A stretch of 64,000 bases of DNA from a virus (taxonomy: Duplodnaviria > Caudoviricetes): positions 113-64,112 of the IMG/VR virus record IMGVR_UViG_3300046779_000519. The stretch is one strand, 5' to 3'. Position 1 is the stretch's first letter. Each line of letters opens with the position of its first letter. Positions 55,271-64,000 of the stretch are shown one piece after another. The notes under the pieces are model-generated. The model was not told the DNA's origin. It saw only the letters and a list, made by a program, of their open reading frames with translations, and searched no databases. The position numbers were made by a program, and so were the translations under genes.

Positions 55271-55272
55271 TG

Positions 55273-55305
55273 CAAAGTTAGTACAACTAATGCTTTACCT
55301 CCAAA
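55273..55305 (-). promoter_or_regulatory. Main early promoter
   Basis: On - strand TTTG-N21-TAACTTTG at the head of the - strand gene block. Confidence 0.8.
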
Positions 55306-56040
55306 AAGATGCGACGAAATCCGTAAATGTGTCGACGAAATCCCCATTTTCTTAGAATAATACAATGAAAATATACCCTTTTTGTACTATTCTCAGATAC
55401 TCTCTTTTAAAATATACTGAAACCGCACACGCGCGTATCGCGCACGGGACGCGTCACACGCATACGCATACGCAGGCGCGCGTCACACACGTACACGCGT
55501 TAGCAAATTTTTTGACATCAAAATTACCCCGATTTTGCGTCTAAGGCATTATCTCGCTCTAGGCTTATAGAATGGACATCTGAAAGAGAAAATGTCTTAA
55601 ATTAAAGATTTGACCCCTTAAAACGAATGCTAGTAAATTGGGAGGTTTTCTCTTGTGGTGTGGTGTGAGGGAGTTATTCCCTTAGGTCAGATACGCCCTC
55701 CATTTAATCCTATGGCACATTATTCCACACAACAACCCTAGCAAACCACTAGACAATCATTCTCTTTCACACAACACGTGCACATTTTTCTTTCTGAATG
55801 AATGAGTGAGGGAGAGAACAACCACCGACAAGGTACATTGTACCGAAGTGATACATTGGGAATTGTTTATTGTATCATTGATATACAATGGGCTGATTTT
55901 TGGAATTTGGATTTGAGAAAGTGACCCCACCCCATTGCAAAATCCCGTTTGTCGTCTGCGCGCGCGACCCTACGTGTAATATATATAACCCTGACAATCC
56001 ACCCACGCGGTCCAAAAACAGCGTTTAAAGCAAACTAGCA
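55306..56040. other. Gene-free divergence region; candidate packaging/terminus and regulatory region
   Basis: CGACGAAATCC x2 with 21-bp period, purine-pyrimidine tract 55424-55500, imperfect 14-bp inverted repeat 55542-55599. Confidence 0.45.
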
Positions 56041-56766
56041 GTGGAAACATATGGAGATAAGAATTGGATATATGTAGGTATCTGTCTATCTTTACCTTTA
56101 CAAACCAAACAAACATTATTAATGCTTACTTACGATATCAAAAAATCCGCGCCAAATACGGTTGTGGTTGAGGTCGGTGCAACAATGGATGACACTGTCG
56201 AATACGGTAATTTAAAGCTGCATATAGACCCAGAATTCAATCCTACACACTACGCTAGAATCTATGGTCGAGTAATCGCTGTGCCTGACGGTAAAGCTTA
56301 CAACGAAGAGGGTGTTGAGATAGAAAAGAATGTGCAAGTAGGAGACATTATATACTTTCATTACTTAACTACATCGGATGAAACGAACTGTATCTACGGG
56401 AACTATTATAAAGTACCTTATTATTGGGTATTTTGTATCGTTAGGAGTGGTAATATATTACCTGTTGGCAGCTGGACTTTGTGTGAAACGGTGGTTGAGG
56501 AAGAGTTTAATCACGTTGAAGTTGATGGTCAAAAGATTGAAGCGATAACATCGGCGTCTGGACTAGTAATTGGTATCAACAAGAAGCCATCAACTAAGTT
56601 TGCTAGACTAGTGCATATTGGTGCACCAGTAGGTGAGGGAATTGAGCTTGAGGTGTCGCCTGGTGAGCTAGTTTTGTTGAACAAAAACTCAAATTTTGTA
56701 AACAAGATTGAAGGCAAGGAGTACTATACAGTGCGTCAAAGCGATATTTTATCATCAAAACTATGA
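56041..56766 (+). CDS. GroES-like co-chaperonin, two tandem GroES-like units (probable start 56122)
   Basis: GRVIAVP...VQVGDIIYF...YYKVPY and ARLVHIGAP...VSPGELVL...IEGKEYYTVRQSDIL. Confidence 0.7.
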   Translation: METYGDKNWIYVGICLSLPLQTKQTLLMLTYDIKKSAPNTVVVEVGATMDDTVEYGNLKLHIDPEFNPTHYARIYGRVIAVPDGKAYNEEGVEIEKNVQVGDIIYFHYLTTSDETNCIYGNYYKVPYYWVFCIVRSGNILPVGSWTLCETVVEEEFNHVEVDGQKIEAITSASGLVIGINKKPSTKFARLVHIGAPVGEGIELEVSPGELVLLNKNSNFVNKIEGKEYYTVRQSDILSSKL

Positions 56767-56770
56767 TGTA

Positions 56771-56866
56771 CCCCTCTGGTGTAAAAACACCATACCCCTC
56801 TGGTGTAGAAACCCCATACCCTCTGGTGCTAAAACACCATACCTCTGGTGTAGAAACACCACATAA
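56771..56866 (+). repeat. Iteron array B (4 x 22-24 bp), inverted relative to array A, followed by AT-rich tract
   Basis: CCCCTCTGGTGTAAAAACACCATA-type units; last unit CCTCTGGTGTAGAAACACCACATAAT identical to array A. Confidence 0.9.
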
Positions 56867-56983
56867 TATATAATATAATAAATAAGGTTAATAGATACTA
56901 TATTGCGGAGCCTAAAGGCTATCCGATATTGCAACAAAAAAAGGAGCTTGCTCCTTTAGAAGACAAAAAGAAAAAAAAGAAGA

Positions 56984-57607
56984 TTGGGACGCCGCGCCGC
57001 CCGCCGACTTCAATACCGCGTAACATATAGTAAGAGCATAACAGATATGGCACTATTCAACAAAGAAGATTTCGCAGACTTAGCAATACCTATCTATGAT
57101 AGCAACCTTGCAAAAAATCCAATTATCAAACAGGTATTTGGGAACGTACCCGCTTCGGAAATCCCAATTCTTATTTACGTTGCACTGATATACGACCAGA
57201 AGAGTCCGCTGCGATTAAAAATATCTAACATACAGGAGCGTAAAGAGGAGGCTGCTGAGATGGCTGGCATCAAGGGAGATACATCTGACATCTTTGATTT
57301 AAAGGACAATAATATCCTTGCCTATATAAACTCCTATCTTCGCTATCAATCGTCCAAGGTGTGGTCAATACTAGCCGCTAACGAGGAGGTATTGTGGCAG
57401 TATCAAGGTGAGTTGTTATCTCCTATCACAGCATACAAGACTGATAAAGATAAACTGCAAGCGCTTGAGATTAAGTCGAAGCTAATGGCTGAGTGCGACG
57501 CCATAATTAAACGTATTGAAGCTTACGAGGATAAACTCTTTGGCGACACTAAAGAGAAGAAGAGTGAGATTCTAAACCTAACGCCCGAGGCAATAGCAAA
57601 TGTATAG
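56984..57607 (+). CDS. Putative terminase small subunit (probable start 57047)
   Basis: Helical ~186 aa immediately upstream of and overlapping terL. Confidence 0.5.
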   Translation: MGRRAARRLQYRVTYSKSITDMALFNKEDFADLAIPIYDSNLAKNPIIKQVFGNVPASEIPILIYVALIYDQKSPLRLKISNIQERKEEAAEMAGIKGDTSDIFDLKDNNILAYINSYLRYQSSKVWSILAANEEVLWQYQGELLSPITAYKTDKDKLQALEIKSKLMAECDAIIKRIEAYEDKLFGDTKEKKSEILNLTPEAIANV

Positions 57608-59609
57608 AAAGCATCCTAAAGGAAAGCCATACGAGATAAACGGTATAACGGTTAACATCCCGCCAAATGGGTATATCTATAACATTATAACTAATCAATG
57701 GGAGAAGCGTGAGATAATGTCTCGCTCGGTCAAGAAGGACTATCAATACTGGGAAAGACCAGAACCTCCTAAAGACTACGAGACAAAGCGCAAGAAGGAG
57801 ATTGCTACCCAGAAGACTAACCCTGGATACTTTAATCCTGAGCTTCAAGAATACCGCAACCAAGAATGGGACAGACGTCTTAACGGATTCTGGTTCTATA
57901 ACAACGGTCACGCGACATATATTACTGGTCTACATTACTTCTATCTAGTACACTGGAAACTTGACGTGGGATATCCATCCTTCAGGATGACAGATAGGGA
58001 CTTCTTTATGTTCCTAGAGTACTGCGTACAGGACCCTAACTGTCTAGGAATGGTTGAGGTTACCAAGCGTCGCCAAGGGAAGACTATGCGAGCAGGAGCT
58101 TTCTTATTCGAGTTAACCTCTAGAAGCAAAAACAAGAACGCAGGTATCCAATCAAAGACATTTGAGGACGCTAAAGAGAACGTATTTGCTAAAGGCGTTA
58201 TTATGCCTTTCAAGTACTTACCTGACTTCTTTGTCCCTATATACGATACTGAAAAGGGTATGACCCCCAAAGGTGAACTAAGATTCTTTAAAACAAACAA
58301 ACGAGGTGCAACTGACGACATTTTTGCTGAAAAGATTGAGCTTGAATCATCTATTACTTTTAAATCGGCTGATAAGTTTGCTTATGACGGTATGAAGCTA
58401 CACCGCTACCTAGGCGATGAGGCAGGTAAAACCAAGAACGTAGATGTCTACGATAGACACCAGGTCCTTCAGTTCTGTCTACAGCAGGAAGAAAACATTA
58501 TCGGAAAGGCTCTATACACCACCACCGTCGAGGAGATGGAGGATGGCGGTGAGTCATTCAAGATGTTATGGGACGCATCTAACCAGAACGAGAAGAACGC
58601 CAACGGTAGAACAAAGTCTGGTCTGTACCAGTACTTTATGCCTGCTTACAAGACCTTATTCTACGATAAGTTTGGTCAAGCTGACGAAGAAAAGGCTAAG
58701 GCGTTCTATATGGCAGAACGTGCCGCATTGGAATCGGACCCGCGCGCATTGGCTTCATTTATCCGCAAGAACCCGTTTACAATTGGTGAGGCATTCTTTA
58801 GCGAGGCAGACACTTGTTTGTATGATGCGATGGCATTGAACAGACAGATGGAATCTATATCGTGGATTGCTGAAAAAGATTTATATTTGCGTGGAGAATT
58901 TGTTTGGGAAAAAGCAGAGCGTGACAGTAGGGTTGTCTTTAACGAGACATCTAATGGAAAGTTCTTGGTTCACAAGAAACTTAACATTTACGATTACGCT
59001 AACTTTAATCAAGTAGAGGAGTATGGTACAAAGAAAGTGCCTAAGCAGAGTAAGAAGTACGCGATAGCAGTTGACCCATTCGACCATAGCATTACGACAA
59101 GTAAGGAGCGGTCAGATGGAGCAAGTTATGTATATAGGAGATATGACGCGTTAGATGAGTTTAGTGAGACATTTTTAGTAGAATATATTAATAGACCCGA
59201 GAAGGCTGAGATATTCTACGAGGACATGATTAAGCTTTGTCACTTCTTTGGATGCGAAATACTACCAGAGGATAACAAGGTTGGATTGATTAAGTACTTT
59301 GAGTACAGGGGCTATGAGAAATTTTTAGTTAAATTACCTGGCGCGACTAAGTATGGAATCTCTGCAACCGTTAAGACTCACCAGCAGATTGCAGAAGTGA
59401 CAGAAAGTTATATTACAGAGAACGTAGAAAAGGTTATCTTTATGCGATTATTGCAAGACTGGTTAAAGTTTGATATTAACAAGACAACCAAGTTTGACGC
59501 CGCGATGGCTGCTGGTTATACATTGATACAGGCTAACAAGTCTAAGTTTAGTGAAAGAGTAGAGCAAAAACAGAAAATATACGATATAAGGGAGATATTC
59601 CCATTTTAA
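57600..59609 (+). CDS. terL: Terminase large subunit
   Basis: VTKRRQGKT Walker A; YLGDEAGK Walker B; AIAVDPFD and KFDAAMAAG nuclease motifs. Confidence 0.92.
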   Translation: MYRKHPKGKPYEINGITVNIPPNGYIYNIITNQWEKREIMSRSVKKDYQYWERPEPPKDYETKRKKEIATQKTNPGYFNPELQEYRNQEWDRRLNGFWFYNNGHATYITGLHYFYLVHWKLDVGYPSFRMTDRDFFMFLEYCVQDPNCLGMVEVTKRRQGKTMRAGAFLFELTSRSKNKNAGIQSKTFEDAKENVFAKGVIMPFKYLPDFFVPIYDTEKGMTPKGELRFFKTNKRGATDDIFAEKIELESSITFKSADKFAYDGMKLHRYLGDEAGKTKNVDVYDRHQVLQFCLQQEENIIGKALYTTTVEEMEDGGESFKMLWDASNQNEKNANGRTKSGLYQYFMPAYKTLFYDKFGQADEEKAKAFYMAERAALESDPRALASFIRKNPFTIGEAFFSEADTCLYDAMALNRQMESISWIAEKDLYLRGEFVWEKAERDSRVVFNETSNGKFLVHKKLNIYDYANFNQVEEYGTKKVPKQSKKYAIAVDPFDHSITTSKERSDGASYVYRRYDALDEFSETFLVEYINRPEKAEIFYEDMIKLCHFFGCEILPEDNKVGLIKYFEYRGYEKFLVKLPGATKYGISATVKTHQQIAEVTESYITENVEKVIFMRLLQDWLKFDINKTTKFDAAMAAGYTLIQANKSKFSERVEQKQKIYDIREIFPF

Positions 59610-59612
59610 GCT

Positions 59613-61913
59613 ATGATGGAAAAAGATGTACCAAAGAATATGGACTTTCCAAGTCACCTAGTCGAAAACGAAAAGAAGGACAAGAATTGGATTGCACAAT
59701 ACATTAAAGCCGCTTGGCGAGATTTTGGAACCTATTATCCTAACCAGTTATACAACGGACGTGAGAATTATCACGAGATTAAGTTGTATATGCTTGGTAA
59801 ACAGTCAGTTAGCCGCTATAAGAAGTTAGTTAACCCATCTTCCACTGCTAATGAAGACCAATCAACAGCCAACATAAGCTGGGACATCTTACCTATTATC
59901 CCTAAGTTCCGTCGTATTGCACTTGCTACATTAATGAAGTCTGACTTCAATATCTCTGTAGATGCTATTGACCCAATTGCTCAAGACGACAAGAATAAAT
60001 TCTACGCAGATAACGCTGCTAAGTTAATCCTTAAAGAAGAGTTTGAGAAACAAGGTGTTGACCCTGAGTTAATCCCTAACGCTGATATCGACGCGGCAAC
60101 ATTACAAGAGCTTGATATGTATATGAACTACTCATATAAGCATAGAATGGCTATTGAGATGGAGCAGGCGATTGACTTGGTATTGAATATGAACAACTTT
60201 AATCAAGAGCGCGCGCTTGCGATTGAAGACCTTCACGACTTTGGTATTACAGGATACAAGGAATACTTTGATGCGGCTGGTAATATTAAAATTCGTCGCG
60301 TGAATCCTTCTAATATGGTTATGTCTTATACGACTAATCCATCGTTTAAGGATGTTCAGTATATGGGCGAGGTAGTGGAGATGACAATCTCTGACTTAAA
60401 AGAATTAGCTGGTGACCAAATTACTGCAGAACAGTACGAGCAGATTGCTGAGAAATACACTAACAAGATGGGTAACCCTACACTTGTTAAGAACACAGGC
60501 TTTAATCAGACTCGCAACTACGACGGATTCCGTATCTCAGTACTAGACTTAGAGTTCTACTCTGTTAACAGTATGATTCTTGAGGAACGCGTTAACTCTA
60601 AGGGTAACGTTGTTGTGGGAAGGGCTGCTAAGGTGAAACCAGGTCGCAAAGATAAAAAATATTCTAAGACAGACTATAAGGTTGTTTATCAGGGTAAGTG
60701 GATTGTAGATAGCGACATCTTCTTTGACTGCAAGCTTGCCACTAATATGAAGCGCGCTAAGTCAGACTTGACTAACACTACGCTTTCTTACCACGTTGTG
60801 GCGCCTAACATCTATCAGATGGTTACTTACTCACTAGGTAGCCAAATGAAAGCCATTGCTGACCAGATTCAGATGGCGTGGTACAAGTTACAGAACGTGA
60901 TGTTACGCGCACGTCCGCGTGGTATTATGATTGAAATTGGTGCGTTAGAGAATGTGCCTATCGGTAAGGGTGGTAAGGCGTTAACCCCTATGCAGATTGT
61001 TGACTTATACAATCAGACAGGTAACTTAGTGTATCGTCGTTTATCTGACGAAGGCACAGCTAGTAACTACAAGCCTATTGAAGAACTTGATAACGGTATT
61101 GGTAACGAGGCAACTCAATACTTTAACATTATCACCAATAATATCCAATTACTTCGCGACATTTTAGGATTTAATGAGATTACAGACGGTTCGACACCTG
61201 ACCCACGGACATTAAATGGTGTGGCGAAGTATGCATCTGAATCAACTAACAACTCATTAGACTTTATTAAGCGCGCTGAACGCGAGTTGTTAGAGAAGTT
61301 ATGTTACAGTTTAACTCTTCGCATCCAAGATTCTGCTGTTAACGGCACTATTGAGGGGTATATTCGTGCATTAGGTAGTTCATCAGTACAATTCTTTAAG
61401 TTAGACCCTAACACAAGCGCTCACGAGTGCGGATTGGTGGTATCACAGAAGCCGACTGAGTTTGAGAAAGAGAAATTAGCTCAAAGAGTTAATATGGCTA
61501 TTCAATCTGGACAGATTACTTTAGCTGACGCCATTATGCTTGAGAACCTTGAGAATATGAAGTATGCCGAGGTGATGCTTGCATACAAGATTAAGAAGAA
61601 TGAGGAGGAGAAGCAGAAAAAAGCATTAGAGATGCAGCAAATGAATGGTCAGATTCAGCAGCAGTCAGCAATGGCAGCAGAGCAAGCTAAACAACAGACT
61701 ATTCAAGTGCAAACTGCAGCCGAATTGCAGGTAATGGAGAGAAAAGCGCAACTAGACGCTCAAATATTAGCTATGAAGTTGCAAAACGAGGCAACAATTG
61801 AGCAAGGTAAGATTGAGGGCAAAATTAACACGGCTAAGATTGAAGCAGATAGCCGAGAATATATTGCCCAGATTAAGAAGAGCGAAAAGGAGCTTGGAAG
61901 TAAACAGAAATAG
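59613..61913 (+). CDS. Portal protein (crAss-like size)
   Basis: 766 aa after terL; WDILPIIPKF, RRVNPSN, ILGFNEITDGS motifs; Gln-rich coiled-coil C-terminus. Confidence 0.85.
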   Translation: MMEKDVPKNMDFPSHLVENEKKDKNWIAQYIKAAWRDFGTYYPNQLYNGRENYHEIKLYMLGKQSVSRYKKLVNPSSTANEDQSTANISWDILPIIPKFRRIALATLMKSDFNISVDAIDPIAQDDKNKFYADNAAKLILKEEFEKQGVDPELIPNADIDAATLQELDMYMNYSYKHRMAIEMEQAIDLVLNMNNFNQERALAIEDLHDFGITGYKEYFDAAGNIKIRRVNPSNMVMSYTTNPSFKDVQYMGEVVEMTISDLKELAGDQITAEQYEQIAEKYTNKMGNPTLVKNTGFNQTRNYDGFRISVLDLEFYSVNSMILEERVNSKGNVVVGRAAKVKPGRKDKKYSKTDYKVVYQGKWIVDSDIFFDCKLATNMKRAKSDLTNTTLSYHVVAPNIYQMVTYSLGSQMKAIADQIQMAWYKLQNVMLRARPRGIMIEIGALENVPIGKGGKALTPMQIVDLYNQTGNLVYRRLSDEGTASNYKPIEELDNGIGNEATQYFNIITNNIQLLRDILGFNEITDGSTPDPRTLNGVAKYASESTNNSLDFIKRAERELLEKLCYSLTLRIQDSAVNGTIEGYIRALGSSSVQFFKLDPNTSAHECGLVVSQKPTEFEKEKLAQRVNMAIQSGQITLADAIMLENLENMKYAEVMLAYKIKKNEEEKQKKALEMQQMNGQIQQQSAMAAEQAKQQTIQVQTAAELQVMERKAQLDAQILAMKLQNEATIEQGKIEGKINTAKIEADSREYIAQIKKSEKELGSKQK

Positions 61914-61947
61914 TTTATACATTTGCATAACCAAACAATAATATAAT

Positions 61948-63021
61948 ATGGCAGAGCCAATTAACCTAGACGAATTATTGTCTAAAGACGAACCAATTGA
62001 GACAACAGAAGAAACTACAGCAGCTTCCGACGAAACTTCTAGCGCAGATGATAGCACTGAAGACCAAGGAGTTGATGTTTCTAATGAAGATAATGAGCCT
62101 CAAAACGTTGAGGATTCAGTAGAAAATACGACGCAAACGGAAGATGCTGACGGATATGCAGAAGAAACTGTTATTCAACAACCTGATACGACTCAGGAAA
62201 CTACAGAAGATTCTACTCCAGAAGAGAAACCAGTTGCGAAGTATCAATTTAAAGACCCGTTCATTGAGAAAGCTGTGCAGTACTACGAGACGTATGGTAC
62301 ACTACAGCCATTCTTAAGAGCAACCGAAGTCGACTATACAGAAATGTCTGACCTAGAGGTACTTAAGGTTAAATTCGATGCAGAAAATGCAGACCTTAGT
62401 CCTAAAGCAAAACAGAAACTGTTTGACAAGGAGCTTGAGAAATACGGTCTAGATTCTTATGATGAGGAAGACAAGGAAGTCGGAGAAGCTTTGTTAAAGC
62501 GAGATGCACAAAGGCTACGAAAAACTTTTATTGAGGAGCAACAACAGTTCCTTAGCAATGTTCAATCACCACAAGCGTCAACAGGTCCTTCGCAAGAAGA
62601 GCTTGCTGCTCAACAAGAACAGAGCAGAAAAATTATTAGTGAAGGAGTATCCGCTGTTATTAAAGATAACATCATTAAAGTGGGAGCTAACGGAGAAGGT
62701 ATTAATTACCAGATTCAAGACCCTAATGTTGTTGTTGACTATGCAATGGACTCAAACAAGTTCCTTTCTATCTTTGCAAAAGACGGAAGTGTTGACTGGG
62801 ATAAGTGGACAAAAACAGTTGCATTCGCACAGAATCCAACTCAATTTATAAGCGAATTAATTAAACACGGAAAGTCTTTAGGACGCAAGGCTATGGAAGC
62901 GGAGCTAAAGAACGTTGTACCTCCGACGATTAACAAGACGGTTGTTGAGTCTAACAGTATTGAGAGACCATCAGATGACCCAATTGCATTCTTACAAGGT
63001 ATGACTATTACTAAAAAATAG
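61948..63021 (+). CDS. Putative scaffolding protein
   Basis: Very acidic N-terminus; between portal and capsid. Confidence 0.6.
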   Translation: MAEPINLDELLSKDEPIETTEETTAASDETSSADDSTEDQGVDVSNEDNEPQNVEDSVENTTQTEDADGYAEETVIQQPDTTQETTEDSTPEEKPVAKYQFKDPFIEKAVQYYETYGTLQPFLRATEVDYTEMSDLEVLKVKFDAENADLSPKAKQKLFDKELEKYGLDSYDEEDKEVGEALLKRDAQRLRKTFIEEQQQFLSNVQSPQASTGPSQEELAAQQEQSRKIISEGVSAVIKDNIIKVGANGEGINYQIQDPNVVVDYAMDSNKFLSIFAKDGSVDWDKWTKTVAFAQNPTQFISELIKHGKSLGRKAMEAELKNVVPPTINKTVVESNSIERPSDDPIAFLQGMTITKK

Positions 63022-63047
63022 TGTTTAACAATTAAATTATTTAAGAA

Positions 63048-64000
63048 ATGGCTATTGGAGCAGGTAACATCGACAGAACATTCTTGTCGACTGTATCATT
63101 CACAAACACGTTAGAGCAACGTGAAATTTTAAAGGACGTATTAGACATCTATGATGAGGAAGCGTCTATGTTGGACGTATTAGATTGGACAGGTAAGTCA
63201 AAAGCTACTGCACAAACTGAATACTTCACAGTACAAAACAACTTCTTGTATGCTACTGCTACAGTTAAGACTCCAGGTACTTCTGCGGGTTCTGCTGGTG
63301 CATCAGTAGATATCACTTGCGTTGGCGCAACTTCTGTTAAGCCATTAGTAGGTGAATTGATTTTGTTCGCTAACGGTATCGTTGGTTATGTATCAGCAAT
63401 CTCTTCTGCTACAGACTTCGTATTAACTGTTAAGCCAGTTAACTCTGCAGACGTAATTCCTGCTACTACAACTGGTTCTAAGTTATCATTTATGTCTAAC
63501 GCATACGCGGAAGGAACTGGTTCTAACCAAATGCGTAAGTCTGACTTGATTAAGCGTTCTAACAAGTTACAGATTTTCAAAACTAAAACTTCTATCACAG
63601 ATATCGCTTACGGTTCTAAGATTGAGGTTGAGTTTAAAGGAAAGCCTTACTACTTCTTAAAGCAGCAGCACGATGCATATTTGAAGCACCGTATGGATAT
63701 CCTTTATGCTATCTTGTTCGGACGTGAGTCTGCAGGTTTAACAGATGCTGCTGGTAACGCTATCAATACAACTCGTGGTTTACGCGATACTATTGTTAAC
63801 GCAGGTGGTATTTCTTCTGCTACTGCTACTGGTAACACAGTAACTTTGGCTGACTTATCTGCATTATCTCGTTTGATGGATGCTAACCGTTGCCCTTCTG
63901 AGTACTTATTATGGGCTGGTGCTGATTTCGATAACTCATTTGATTCAACTATCACAGCTGCAACTCAATTTGTTAACGGAGCAATCAACTATGCTTCATT
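63048..64000 (+). CDS. Major capsid protein, N-terminal part (missed by ORF track because it runs off the end)
   Basis: MAIGAGNIDRTFLSTVSF... open to the window end; continues into 1-394. Confidence 0.88.
   Translation, partial: MAIGAGNIDRTFLSTVSFTNTLEQREILKDVLDIYDEEASMLDVLDWTGKSKATAQTEYFTVQNNFLYATATVKTPGTSAGSAGASVDITCVGATSVKPLVGELILFANGIVGYVSAISSATDFVLTVKPVNSADVIPATTTGSKLSFMSNAYAEGTGSNQMRKSDLIKRSNKLQIFKTKTSITDIAYGSKIEVEFKGKPYYFLKQQHDAYLKHRMDILYAILFGRESAGLTDAAGNAINTTRGLRDTIVNAGGISSATATGNTVTLADLSALSRLMDANRCPSEYLLWAGADFDNSFDSTITAATQFVNGAINYAS
63986..64000 (+). repeat. Terminal overlap with nt 1-15
   Basis: CAACTATGCTTCATT at both ends, in frame within the capsid gene. Confidence 0.9.

Noticed and set aside
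56771-56866. Mini-CRISPR array
   Set aside because: Units are contiguous 22-24 bp repeats with no unique spacers and match repeats inside the initiator gene; they are iterons.
1-64000. Stop-codon reassignment
   Set aside because: Long genes are intact in the standard code, and TAG, TGA and TAA all end genes at sensible, coupled positions.

Overview
The window is an essentially complete (~63,985 bp unit) tailed-phage genome: its last 15 nt repeat its first 15 nt, and the major capsid gene reads through the junction. The host is very probably Bacteroidota (TAnnTTTG/TTTG promoters, no Shine-Dalgarno sites, signal peptides cleaved before Gln). The + strand (about 56040-64000, then 1-34867) carries a crAss-like podovirus late module: GroES-like protein, terminase, portal, scaffold, capsid, fibres, lysis cassette, three ring proteins, muzzle, and ejected proteins ending in a 2383-aa metallopeptidase/LPD38-type polyvalent protein. 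The - strand (55300 down to 34868) carries early and replication genes: ArdC, an HTH initiator with internal iterons, DnaB, exonuclease, SSB-like protein, RusA, and many small unknowns. I recognised no integrase, DNA polymerase or RNA polymerase. The most unusual content is (1) a six-gene secreted/outer-membrane module in the late operon (two CsgG-like proteins, a cohesin-dockerin-cohesin protein, a lipoprotein resembling a free T9SS sorting domain, and a stalked beta-barrel); (2) four tRNA mimics with intact acceptor and T arms but no normal anticodon arm, two of them 43-49 nt minihelices, associated with other structured non-coding RNA; (3) a second, inverted copy of the origin iteron array 8 kb from the initiator gene; and (4) a kissing-loop attenuator-like leader before the replication operon. 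All protein family calls come from motif recognition by eye, not database searches.
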